Positions 27,021 through 35,504 of a DNA stretch of 64,000 bases are shown here, one piece after another. The notes under the pieces were generated by a model. It was not told the origin of the DNA, did no database searches, and worked only from the letters and a program-made list of their open reading frames with translations. Both the position numbers and the translations under genes were made by a program. Origin of the DNA: Candidatus Limnocylindrales bacterium (GTDB taxonomy: Bacteria; Verrucomicrobiota; Verrucomicrobiia; Limisphaerales; UBA11358); assembly GCA_035604955.1 (NCBI GenBank), contig DATNHM010000017.1:16853-80852 (forward strand). The letters are read 5' to 3'. Position 1 is the stretch's first letter. Each line of letters starts with the position of its first letter.

Positions 27021-27072
27021 TTGTAGTGTCGAGCCTGCGGCTCGAAATCGGCGCGCAGCGCCGACGCTACAA
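27021..27072. repeat. Structured element: outer inverted repeat enclosing two perfect 5-bp hairpins
   Basis: TTGTAGTGTCG ... CGACGCTACAA forms the outer stem (one mismatch). It encloses GAGCC-TGC-GGCTC and GGCGC-GCA-GCGCC. It lies 37 nt after the stop of the ABC-FAD gene, so it could be a terminator or REP-like element. Confidence 0.5.
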
Positions 27073-27196
27073 CCTTTCAAATGACCGTACCCTCTGCCAA
27101 AATCGTTGGACAATCCGCCAGCACCGGAATAGGGTCGTATCCATGAAGAAAATAATACTGTGCTTTTCGTTCCAATAACAGGTTGGGCCACATCGT

Positions 27197-27595
27197 ATGC
27201 ACCCAATTTTGGCCAAGCGCATTGAGATACCGGAGCCATGGTTTGCAGCTTTCTTGTTCGCTTTCAAGCTGCTCACCGTAAGCGCGGCCGTCTTGTTGCT
27301 CATTTGGTATGTGATGCTACCTCCAAATCACTCAAACGCGCAGACCGGGTTTGATGAGACGTGGTATATGACATCTGACGATTTTGCCATGGTAGCGTTC
27401 GGCGTGAGCTTTTTATATTTTCTCGCTGCGGGCGTGCTGCTGATTGGCGGGTTGATTCAGCTATTCAAGTGTTCGCGCCGGGCAGCGATATGGAGCATCG
27501 CGTTTGGGATCTTTGCACTGATTGTTGGCATTGTTTTAGCAGCCTGCGTTTCACCGCCGAACGGATATTTTGAGATTTTTGGGCCTCTGACATAG
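27197..27595 (+). CDS. Hypothetical small membrane protein (about 3-4 TM helices)
   Basis: 132-aa ORF with clear hydrophobic helices, in a locally AT-richer stretch. No family recognised. Confidence 0.45.
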   Translation: MHPILAKRIEIPEPWFAAFLFAFKLLTVSAAVLLLIWYVMLPPNHSNAQTGFDETWYMTSDDFAMVAFGVSFLYFLAAGVLLIGGLIQLFKCSRRAAIWSIAFGIFALIVGIVLAACVSPPNGYFEIFGPLT

Positions 27596-27650
27596 CGCTA
27601 AGACAAACTACACACTTCCTCCTCTTTATTGCCCGTTTCCCCAATTCGCA

Positions 27651-27699
27651 TAAACTCGGCGCGTGAAATCCAATGGCGCGGTTTATCTCGTCGGGGCCG
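27651..27699 (+). repeat. Direct repeat, left copy: decayed duplicate of the cobA-hemD 5' end
   Basis: TAAACTCGGCGCGTGAAATCCAATGGCGCGGTTTATCTCGTCGGGGCCG matches 28300-28348 at 43 of 49 positions by hand alignment. It retains GTG-KSNGAVYLVGA. Confidence 0.85.
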
Positions 27700-27736
27700 C
27701 GCTTGCCTTAAAAATTAAACCGGTTACATTAATGGC

Positions 27737-27958
27737 ATGAACCGCACAGTCGAAGCAGTGATTGATGAGCAGGGCACGGTGCGCCTGCTTGAGAAAATTC
27801 AACTGCCGTCGGCGCGCCACGCACTCGTCACTATTCTCGAAGACGAGCCGGTTGCCCACCTCAACGAGACGGCGCTCTTGAGCGAAACCGCGCTCGCCGA
27901 GGATTGGAACCGACCGGAGGAGGATGCCGCGTGGGCTTATTTGCAACAGGGTCGATAG
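27737..27958 (+). CDS. Type II antitoxin (73 aa)
   Basis: MNRTVEAVIDEQGTVRLLEKIQLPSARHALVTILEDEP fits the small beta-rich antitoxin pattern. The C-terminal LSETALAEDWNRPEEDAAWAYL tail is common in such antitoxins. It overlaps the downstream MazF-like gene. Confidence 0.65.
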   Translation: MNRTVEAVIDEQGTVRLLEKIQLPSARHALVTILEDEPVAHLNETALLSETALAEDWNRPEEDAAWAYLQQGR

Positions 27959-28272
27959 TTCTTGTCCGGTTTCCCTTTTCCGATCTGTCGCAATCCAAAT
28001 TGCGACCGGCGGTGGTGCTGGCGGATTGCGAGCGCAACGACTGGCTGCTCTGCCAGATCACCAGCAATCCGTATGCAGATACGCGCGCGATTCAACTCAC
28101 GGAAAAGGATTTTCTCACGGGTTCGCTGCGCGCCACAAGCTTCGCCCGTCCGACGAAGCTTTTCACCGCGCATCAAAGTTTGATTGCTCCACCCGCGATT
28201 GGTGTTCTGCATGACGCTTCGTTCAATCGGATCACAGACGTCCTTATTCATTTCCTGCGACCAAAAGCCTGA
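27931..28272 (+). CDS. PemK/MazF-family toxin (endoribonuclease fold)
   Basis: Track ORF 27904..28272. The likely start is GTG 27931, preceded by GGAGGAGG (27916-27923). GSIVLVRFPFSDLSQSKLRPAVVLA...LLCQITSN...SFARPTKLFT matches the PemK pattern. Confidence 0.75.
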   Translation: MGLFATGSIVLVRFPFSDLSQSKLRPAVVLADCERNDWLLCQITSNPYADTRAIQLTEKDFLTGSLRATSFARPTKLFTAHQSLIAPPAIGVLHDASFNRITDVLIHFLRPKA

Positions 28273-28299
28273 TTTGATTGCCCAAATGCGCCACCTGAC

Positions 28300-28348
28300 T
28301 AAACTGACCGCGTGAAATCCCAAGGCGCGGTTTATCTGGTCGGGGCCG
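28300..28348 (+). repeat. Direct repeat, right copy (functional 5' end of cobA-hemD)
   Basis: TAAACTGACCGCGTGAAATCCCAAGGCGCGGTTTATCTGGTCGGGGCCG. It contains GTG 28312, the start of cobA-hemD. Confidence 0.85.
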
Positions 28349-29850
28349 GGCCGGGCGACGCGAGTCTGCTCACGTTGCGCGGCGCGGAACTGCTCCGCCG
28401 CGCCGATGTCGTCCTCTACGACGCGCTCGTGAACCCGGAATTGCTCCGGCTGGCGTCGCCTTCCGCCGAACTCGTCGCCCGCGGCAAAAACATGACGATG
28501 CCGCAAAAGGAAATCACCGCCCTGCTCGTCGCCCGGGCGCGTGAAGGTAAATGCGTCGTCCGGCTCAAGGGCGGCGATCCGTATATCTTCGGCCGGGGCG
28601 GCGAGGAGGCTGAGGCGCTGGCGGCGGCGAAAATCTCTTTTGAAGTCGTGCCCGGCGTCTCGTCCATCGTGGCGGCGCCGAATTACGCCGGTATTCCCCT
28701 CACCCACCGTGAGCATTGCTCCAGTTTCACCGTGTTCACCGGCCATAGCGATTCGGCGGACGCGGCCACGGCGTTGCGCTACGAACAAATCGCCAAAATT
28801 CCCGGCACCAAGGTCGTGCTCATGGGCACGGACAACCTGGACGACTGGACGAAATCGCTCATCGCGCAGGGCATGGCACCTGAGACGCCGGTGGCCATTG
28901 TCCAATGGGGCACGTTGGGAAGACAAAAATCGGCCGCCGGCACGCTGGCCACGATTGCGGCGCTCGCGGCAAAGGAAAAAATCTTTCCGCCCGCGCTCAC
29001 CATTATCGGCGACGTGGTCAAGCTGCGCGAGAAACTGAACTGGTTCGAAGAGCGTCCGCTGTTTGGCCGGCGCATCGTGGTCACGCGCGCCCGGGCGCAG
29101 TCCGGTGATTTTGCGCAGCGACTGACGGAGCTCGGCGCGGAGGTGCTGGAAATTCCGGCCATCAAGACCGTGCCGACCTCCAACAAGCAGGACGTCGTGG
29201 ACGCGCTGCTGGAGTTAAATTCCTACGACTGGCTGGTGTTCACGAGCGCGAATGGCGTGACAGCGTTCTTTGAACTTTTTTTCAAACGCTTTGAGGATCT
29301 GCGCGACCTCGGCGGCGCGCGCATTGCGGCGGTCGGCCCGGCCACGGCGGCGAAATTGCGCGAACTGCATTTGCAGGTGGACCTGACGCCGGACGAGGCG
29401 CTGGGCGCAAAAATCGCCGCGGTCTTCGCCAAATATGAAAGCGTGGAAAATCTGAAGATGTGCCTGCTGCGCGCCGGAGAAGCGAATCCCGACCTGCCGC
29501 AGGCATTGGAAAAGCTGGGCGCGATTGTGGACGACATCGCGATATACCACACGGTCGCCGAGACGGAGGATTTAACCGGCGCCGGCGCGAGTTTGCTGGA
29601 GAACGGTGCGGATTGGATTACGTTCACGAGCGGCTCGACGGTGAAACATTTTCACGCGCGATTCAATTTGCCGAAGCTGTTGAAAAAATTTCCGCAAATG
29701 AAACTGGCGTCCATCGGCCCGGAAACCAGCAAAGCCATCCGCGCCCAGGGATTAACCCCGGCGCTCGAAGCCAAAGAGCACACCACAAACGGTTTGATTG
29801 CGGAATTGTTGCGCGCAACCAAACCGGCAGAACCGCAGGCGGAGGAATAA
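28312..29850 (+). CDS. cobA: Uroporphyrinogen-III C-methyltransferase / uroporphyrinogen-III synthase fusion (CobA-HemD)
   Basis: SUMT motifs VYLVGAGPGD, LKGGDPYIFGRGGEE and VPGVSS. The C-terminal ~250 aa are HemD-like (RIVVTRARAQ..., second half WLVFTSANGV). GTG start. Confidence 0.88.
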   Translation: MKSQGAVYLVGAGPGDASLLTLRGAELLRRADVVLYDALVNPELLRLASPSAELVARGKNMTMPQKEITALLVARAREGKCVVRLKGGDPYIFGRGGEEAEALAAAKISFEVVPGVSSIVAAPNYAGIPLTHREHCSSFTVFTGHSDSADAATALRYEQIAKIPGTKVVLMGTDNLDDWTKSLIAQGMAPETPVAIVQWGTLGRQKSAAGTLATIAALAAKEKIFPPALTIIGDVVKLREKLNWFEERPLFGRRIVVTRARAQSGDFAQRLTELGAEVLEIPAIKTVPTSNKQDVVDALLELNSYDWLVFTSANGVTAFFELFFKRFEDLRDLGGARIAAVGPATAAKLRELHLQVDLTPDEALGAKIAAVFAKYESVENLKMCLLRAGEANPDLPQALEKLGAIVDDIAIYHTVAETEDLTGAGASLLENGADWITFTSGSTVKHFHARFNLPKLLKKFPQMKLASIGPETSKAIRAQGLTPALEAKEHTTNGLIAELLRATKPAEPQAEE

Positions 29851-29855
29851 CCGGT

Positions 29856-32800
29856 TTACGCCGCTTCTCCGGTCTGGGCCTTGACCCGTTCGCCACCACG
29901 CAATTGCAACAGGAGGTAGTAGGCCACCGGTGTTGCCACGAGCGACAGCAATACGGAAATACAGAGCGCGCCGATGACGGCGACGGCCAGTGGCCGGAGC
30001 ATGTCCGCGCCCGCGCCGATGCCATAGGCCAGCGGCAACATGCCCAGTGCCGCGGCCAGCGAGGTCATCAACACCGGACGCAAGCGGCGATGGCCGGCAC
30101 GCACCAGCGCCTCCACGAGTTCCACGCCGTTGTCCTGCAATTGCCGGGAAAAATCCAGCATCAGGATGCCGTTTTTGGCAACGATGCCGACGCCGATAAT
30201 CGCGCCGAGGAACGAAACGATGTTGAGCGTGATGCCGGTCAACCAGAGTGCCACGACCGTGCCGAACAACGCCAGCACCGAACCGAAGACGATTGCCACC
30301 GGTTCGTAGAACGAGCGGAATTCAATCAACAGCACGGTAAAGACCAGCAGGATAGCCGCGGCGAGGACGACCATCAGGTTGCGGAAGGATTCCTGTTGCT
30401 GCTGGTAAAGTCCGCCGTATTCCACCGTACCGGGTGGCAGCGATTTGTCCTGGCTTAATTTGGCCTGGATGTCCTTCATCGCGCTGCCCAAATCGCGGCC
30501 TTCGAGCCGCGCGGACACGATGATGTCCTGCCGTAAATCATCGCGGTCGAGTTCCACCTGGCTCGGTTCCACGGACACATCACACACTTGATCCAGCCGT
30601 ACTACCACGCCGTCGGGTGTGCGCAGCGGCAATTCGCGCAACGCGGCAATGCGGTTGACACTCGACGGCTCGTCCAGCACGCGGATGTCAATCACGCGGT
30701 CGCCTTCGAGCATCGACGACGCGACCTGGCCAAGCAGCGCGGTGTTCGCCGCGTCGGCGATGTACTGCACGGTCAGGCCGAACCGTTCGGCATCGGCAGG
30801 GCGCACCCGCAGATTGATGGACGGGCCGGTCTCGGTCAGGCCGTCGAAGGAATCCACAACGCCGGGAACGGTTTTGATTTCTTGTTGCACGTGCGGCGCC
30901 GTTTGCCCGAGCCATTTCAGGTCGGGCGAGAATAATTTGATTTCGACCGGGTCGGGGGTCAGTTGCAAATCGCCAATCACGTCAGTAAGAATGCCAGGAA
31001 ACTCCCAGCGCATCATCGGAAAGCGCGCAGCAAATTCATGACGCAATTCGGCGATAACTTCTTCCGTCGTCTGCTTGCGGTTGGGTTTAAGTTTGACCGC
31101 AAAGTCACCCACATACGGTTCGGTGATGAACATGCCCATCTCCGTGCCGAGCCGCCGGGAATAGCCTTCGACATCCGGGTTGGCGCGAAGGATATCCTCG
31201 GCCTCATTGAGGATGCGCGATGTTTCGGTGAGGCCCGTGCCCGGCGGCGCCCAGTAATCAATCACAAAACCGCCTTCGTCAAAATCGGGCAGGAAATCAG
31301 ATTCCAAATGTTGATAAATGAAAACGCCGCCCAGCAGGACCAACCCGCACGCCGCCAGGGTCAGCCAGCCGTGGCGCAAAGCCACTCGCACGGCACGTTC
31401 GTAAATCCGGATGACCCGCGTCAGCAAAAATCCGCCTTCCAGTCCCGTCGGCGCATGGCCGTGCTCCATTTTTTCGCGCCCGCGGATGAACCAGGCGGCC
31501 AGCGACGGCGTCAGCGTTAGCGCCAGGAGCAGCGATACGAGGAGCGACACGACCATCGTCAGCGCCAGCGCGCGGAAAAACACGCCGGCCACACCGGTCA
31601 AAAACGCGAGCGGAATGAACACCACCACCGGGGTCAGCGTCGAGCCGATGAGCGGATAAAAGATCTCGCCGATGGCCTCCTGGATGCCCGCCAGCCGCGG
31701 CCGGCCGGCGGCGATTTTCACGCACATCGCCTCCACGACGACGATGGCGTTGTCAATGATAAGGCCGATGCAGGCCGCGATGCCGCCGAGGGTCATCATG
31801 TTAAAAGTCATGTTCGTCAGTTTCATGGCGACGAACGTGATGAGGACGGTGATGGGAATAGTGACGATGGCCGTGAGCACGCTGCCCCAGCTTTTCAGGA
31901 AGAAATAAAGGATGAGCACCGATAGAATGAGGCCGAAGAGGATGGCGTCCCAGACACTGCCGACGGAGTCGCGCACGAATTGCGACTGGTCGTAGTAAAA
32001 CGAGAGGTGCATGTCCGGCGGCAGTTCCTGCCGGAGTTGCTGGAGTTTTACCTGCAACGCGGCGGCGATATCCAGCGTGCTGCCGTCCGGCTGGCTATGG
32101 ATATTCAGCAAAACGGCGTTGCGTCCCTGCGCGGTAACCACGGTGTAGGCCGGCGCCGGCCCGCGCTCGACGCGCGCCACGTCCCGGACCAGGATCGGAT
32201 GGTTCTCGCGGACCGCAATCACCACGTGGCCGATGTCGTCCGGCGAATGCACGCGCCCGTCCACCGTGGTCAGGTAAAGATGGTAATTTTCCTCAATCAT
32301 GCCGGCGGGCGCGATGAGGTTGTTCTTCGCCAGCGCGTCGCTCACGTCCGGCAAACCGAGGCCGGCGGCCTGCAATTTCAGCGGGTCCACAATGACGTGA
32401 AATTCCGGGACATGGCCGCCGACCAGTTCGACTTTGGCAACGCCTGGGATTTGCAGGAAGAGCGGTTTTAACTGGTAGTTCGCCGTCTCCCACAAGTCCA
32501 TGATGTCGCGGTTGGAGCTGGTGAGGCTGATGCCGATGATGGGAAACGCGGAGAAAGTCACGCGCTCGACCTCGGTCTCGGCGGTCGCGGGCAGCCCGCC
32601 GCGAATTTCCGCCAGGCGTCCCAGCACATACAATTCCGACTGCTGCATATCCACGTGCCAGTTGAAGAAAACGTTGATCTGGGCCGAACCGCGCTTGGTC
32701 GCCGAGCGCACCGAAACTGCGCCGGGGATGTCCTTCATCGCCTCCTCGATGGGCCGCGTGACGGTGGCCATCAATTCATCGGCGGGCATGATGCCGTTGT

Positions 32801-32966
32801 TCACCAGGATGACCACACGCGGAAAATCCGTCCGCGGGAATACCGAGGATGGCGTATGCAGCGCCGAAAAAATCCCCGCCAGACACAACGCCACCGCGAT
32901 GAACGTGATGGACAACGCATGTCGCGTCGCGAACCGGCCCAGGCGTGAGGAGGTGGTGGAAGTCAT
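29856..32966 (-). CDS. RND efflux transporter inner-membrane permease (AcrB/CzcA superfamily), 1036 aa
   Basis: Typical length, 12-TM layout with two large periplasmic loops, and an N-terminus ...FIAVALCLAGIFSALHTPSSVFPRTDFPRVVI. 4-nt overlap with the upstream MFP gene. Confidence 0.9.
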   Translation of the reverse strand: MTSTTSSRLGRFATRHALSITFIAVALCLAGIFSALHTPSSVFPRTDFPRVVILVNNGIMPADELMATVTRPIEEAMKDIPGAVSVRSATKRGSAQINVFFNWHVDMQQSELYVLGRLAEIRGGLPATAETEVERVTFSAFPIIGISLTSSNRDIMDLWETANYQLKPLFLQIPGVAKVELVGGHVPEFHVIVDPLKLQAAGLGLPDVSDALAKNNLIAPAGMIEENYHLYLTTVDGRVHSPDDIGHVVIAVRENHPILVRDVARVERGPAPAYTVVTAQGRNAVLLNIHSQPDGSTLDIAAALQVKLQQLRQELPPDMHLSFYYDQSQFVRDSVGSVWDAILFGLILSVLILYFFLKSWGSVLTAIVTIPITVLITFVAMKLTNMTFNMMTLGGIAACIGLIIDNAIVVVEAMCVKIAAGRPRLAGIQEAIGEIFYPLIGSTLTPVVVFIPLAFLTGVAGVFFRALALTMVVSLLVSLLLALTLTPSLAAWFIRGREKMEHGHAPTGLEGGFLLTRVIRIYERAVRVALRHGWLTLAACGLVLLGGVFIYQHLESDFLPDFDEGGFVIDYWAPPGTGLTETSRILNEAEDILRANPDVEGYSRRLGTEMGMFITEPYVGDFAVKLKPNRKQTTEEVIAELRHEFAARFPMMRWEFPGILTDVIGDLQLTPDPVEIKLFSPDLKWLGQTAPHVQQEIKTVPGVVDSFDGLTETGPSINLRVRPADAERFGLTVQYIADAANTALLGQVASSMLEGDRVIDIRVLDEPSSVNRIAALRELPLRTPDGVVVRLDQVCDVSVEPSQVELDRDDLRQDIIVSARLEGRDLGSAMKDIQAKLSQDKSLPPGTVEYGGLYQQQQESFRNLMVVLAAAILLVFTVLLIEFRSFYEPVAIVFGSVLALFGTVVALWLTGITLNIVSFLGAIIGVGIVAKNGILMLDFSRQLQDNGVELVEALVRAGHRRLRPVLMTSLAAALGMLPLAYGIGAGADMLRPLAVAVIGALCISVLLSLVATPVAYYLLLQLRGGERVKAQTGEAA

Positions 32967-34033
32967 TGCCCTGGGGACGACCCGGAATTGGTTGTCGGAA
33001 CTTCGTCTCCCGATGGATTTACCACCTGGATTCTGGTTTTGTCCGGCAACCCGTAGGCGCCGACCGTCACTACGGAATCACCTTCCTTGAGACCGTTCCC
33101 GGCAACTGCCACCCAGCCGTTTTCACGGAAGCCGGTTTGCACCGGCGTTTGCGTGGCTTCATCGCCTTTGACCAGCGAGATAACGCTTTGACCCTTGATG
33201 TCGGTAACCACACTTTCGTCAGGGGCGGCAAGGCAATCGGTTTGAACTGCCGTGACAATTTTCAGTTGAATAAACTGGCCGGGACGCAAGCCGCTGCCCG
33301 TCGGCAACAACGCCCGGGCCAGCACCGCGCCGGTTTTCGGGTCCACGGCCGGGCTGACAAACGAAAGCGTGGCCGTGGCCGGTGGCTGCGTCAGCACCTG
33401 CACCTCTTCGCCGGTTTTCAAATCCGTCGCTTCCGCCGCCGGGATTTGCACGCTCACCGCCAGCCGGTTTAAATCCACCACCTCTGCGACAACCGTGTTC
33501 ACATCCACGGCCTCGCCGGGCTTTACGGCCAGCCGGGTGACAGTGCCGGAGACCGGTGCGACGACCTGCAGCAGGCCCAGTTGTCCTTCGGCGTCCTGCA
33601 ACGCCTTTAACGACGTGTTGTGTTGCGCATACAATGCCTTCTGCCGCTCGACTTCCTGCGCGGCGTAATCGGCCGTGGCCGCACCCGAATTCAATTCCAT
33701 CAGCACGTCGCCCTGTTCCACATGCTGGCCTTCAACCACGTTCACTTTGGCCACCACTCCGGCAGACGGTGCGGCAAGTTGCGCCCCGGCCGCCGGCTGG
33801 TCCGTCGTGGCGGGCGCGGCTTCCACCATCCCATAACCGGCAACGTAACGATGCAACGTCATGCGCTGAAGCGCGCCGGTTTGAACGGAAACAATGGACG
33901 GGACGCTTTCTGCCGGCGCCCCCTCCTCATCACCCGGGCTCGAAGTGGCGTGGGATGATTTGATGAGCGCATAGATGCCCAACCCCACACAGAGCACTAT
34001 GATGGCGCCGATGATAATCTGTTTTCGTTTCAT
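32963..34033 (-). CDS. RND efflux periplasmic adaptor (membrane fusion protein, HlyD family)
   Basis: N-terminal TM anchor, lipoyl/beta-barrel pattern (VAPVSGTVTRLAVKPGEAV) and coupled overlaps on both sides. Confidence 0.85.
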   Translation of the reverse strand: MKRKQIIIGAIIVLCVGLGIYALIKSSHATSSPGDEEGAPAESVPSIVSVQTGALQRMTLHRYVAGYGMVEAAPATTDQPAAGAQLAAPSAGVVAKVNVVEGQHVEQGDVLMELNSGAATADYAAQEVERQKALYAQHNTSLKALQDAEGQLGLLQVVAPVSGTVTRLAVKPGEAVDVNTVVAEVVDLNRLAVSVQIPAAEATDLKTGEEVQVLTQPPATATLSFVSPAVDPKTGAVLARALLPTGSGLRPGQFIQLKIVTAVQTDCLAAPDESVVTDIKGQSVISLVKGDEATQTPVQTGFRENGWVAVAGNGLKEGDSVVTVGAYGLPDKTRIQVVNPSGDEVPTTNSGSSPGQ

Positions 34034-35502
34034 TTTTCGATTTGGGAAAGATTTTTCTCCGCCGCGTCCAGTGTGGAAGCCGGCAAGGTAAGCGGGCTTT
34101 GGACGGTGTCCTCCAGCAGCCCCAGCGATTGCTGCACCTGGATCAGCGCGTCGAGCCGGTTCCGGGTGCCAACGGCATATTCGGTTTCCGCATTGGCCAC
34201 CAGCAAAGGCTCAATCTCGCCGGCCTGGGCCTGAGCGCGGACGGAATTCAACTGTTTCTGCAAATTGCCCAGCAACACTTGCGCCGTCGCCGACTTCTGC
34301 AACGCAGCGTCATAACCGGCCAGCGCGCTGTCTATCTCGCCGATGGCGGCGGTTTGCACGGTCAGAAAATGTGCGGCGGCTTCGGTGCGTTTCGCCTTCG
34401 CCTCGGCCACCGGCCCCTGATTGTGGTTGAGGATGGGCAGGTCCAGCGTCACGCCCAACGACCATTTGTTGTCCGTCTGATCGAGTTCGTAACCGGGGCC
34501 GAGGTGGAGGTCGGGATATTGCCTGGCGATTTCGAGCTGAAGCGCGGACTGGCTGGCGGCGTATTCGGCCAGCGCACCGCGCACGTCGGCGCGGTTCAAA
34601 ATCGCCTGCCGCCGGACTTCCGGTCGGGTCAACTGGCGGGGAAATTCGTTCAAGCCGGCAAAAGAAAGACGGGCGTCATTCAGCGCGCGCAGTGGCAGGC
34701 CCAGCGCGTTCGCCAGTTGCACCCGCGCCTGACGGCGCTGGCCAACGGCGTCCTGTAGCGCCAATTGCGTCGTCTCCAGCGCGACGCGGGCTTGCGTGAC
34801 TTCATAACTGGATACCGCACCCACGGCAAGCTGGCCTTCCAGCAAACGGACGACATTGCTTTGCGCCGATTCCTGCCGCGCCAGCAGCGCTTCAGTTTCG
34901 CGTGCCGCGTAAAGATTCAGCAACGCGGCGCGGACATGGCTGCGGGTCTGCCACGCGGCGGCGACGAAATTCCAGCGCGCGGCTTCGGAAAGATGCTCCG
35001 CCTCGGCGATGCGTTTGCCGCGTTTGCCGGCGGTTTCGATCGGAATGTCCCACGTCACTCCATAAATCCACGGTGGCGGGGTGGTGGTGTCATAAGTGGG
35101 TGTGAAACCGACGGTTGGATTAGGGCGTTCACCCGCGGTGATTTTGGCCGCCCGTGCTGACGCCCATTGCGCCCGCGCCTCGGCCAGGGTCGGTTGATAA
35201 TAAAACGCAACGAGCGTGAGTGCGTTCAGGTCCCACGAACGTCGCGGCCACTCACCAGAGATTTGGTTGGTTTCCAGAAACGTGCGCAAATTTTCGTTGG
35301 TCAACGACCGCGCGTCGAAGGCGGCAACGGTTTGCTCCGGAGAAATGGGCTGCGGATGATACGTGGCGCAGCCGGCGGCACAAAGTAGCAGCGTGATAAA
35401 CGCCCAACATTCAACATTCGACTTCCAACGGCCAGGAAAACTTCCAAAAGTCCGTCCTGGGTTCGGTGTTGAATGTTGAATGTTGAATGCTGAATGTTTC
35501 AT
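34030..35502 (-). CDS. Outer-membrane efflux protein (TolC/OMF family lipoprotein)
   Basis: Lipobox LLLCAAGCAT and two OEP-type helical repeats. The first ~30 codons of the track ORF (MKHSAFNIQHSTPNP...) are translated repeat DNA, so the true start may be downstream. Confidence 0.85.
   Translation of the reverse strand: MKHSAFNIQHSTPNPGRTFGSFPGRWKSNVECWAFITLLLCAAGCATYHPQPISPEQTVAAFDARSLTNENLRTFLETNQISGEWPRRSWDLNALTLVAFYYQPTLAEARAQWASARAAKITAGERPNPTVGFTPTYDTTTPPPWIYGVTWDIPIETAGKRGKRIAEAEHLSEAARWNFVAAAWQTRSHVRAALLNLYAARETEALLARQESAQSNVVRLLEGQLAVGAVSSYEVTQARVALETTQLALQDAVGQRRQARVQLANALGLPLRALNDARLSFAGLNEFPRQLTRPEVRRQAILNRADVRGALAEYAASQSALQLEIARQYPDLHLGPGYELDQTDNKWSLGVTLDLPILNHNQGPVAEAKAKRTEAAAHFLTVQTAAIGEIDSALAGYDAALQKSATAQVLLGNLQKQLNSVRAQAQAGEIEPLLVANAETEYAVGTRNRLDALIQVQQSLGLLEDTVQSPLTLPASTLDAAEKNLSQIEK
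35405..35485. repeat. Perfect 15-bp inverted repeat (CAACATTCAACATTC / GAATGTTGAATGTTG) with a 51-nt loop, inside the efflux operon
   Basis: Left arm 35405-35419 and right arm 35471-35485. The right arm sits in a tandem TGAATG(T/C) tract reaching the OMF ATG at 35502. Related words occur at 13031-13054 and 7465-7530. Confidence 0.8.
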
Positions 35503-35504
35503 AT

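Noticed and set aside
22568-27239. Long minus-strand ORFs 22568..23479, 24507..25559 and 25668..27239 (up to 523 aa)
   Set aside because: All are antisense to the SBP, permease and ATPase-FAD genes, which carry clear family motifs. The minus-strand translations are Arg/Gly/His-rich shadow frames.
27937-28926. 329-aa ORF antisense to the toxin and cobA-hemD
   Set aside because: A shadow ORF. The plus strand encodes the PemK and SUMT motifs.
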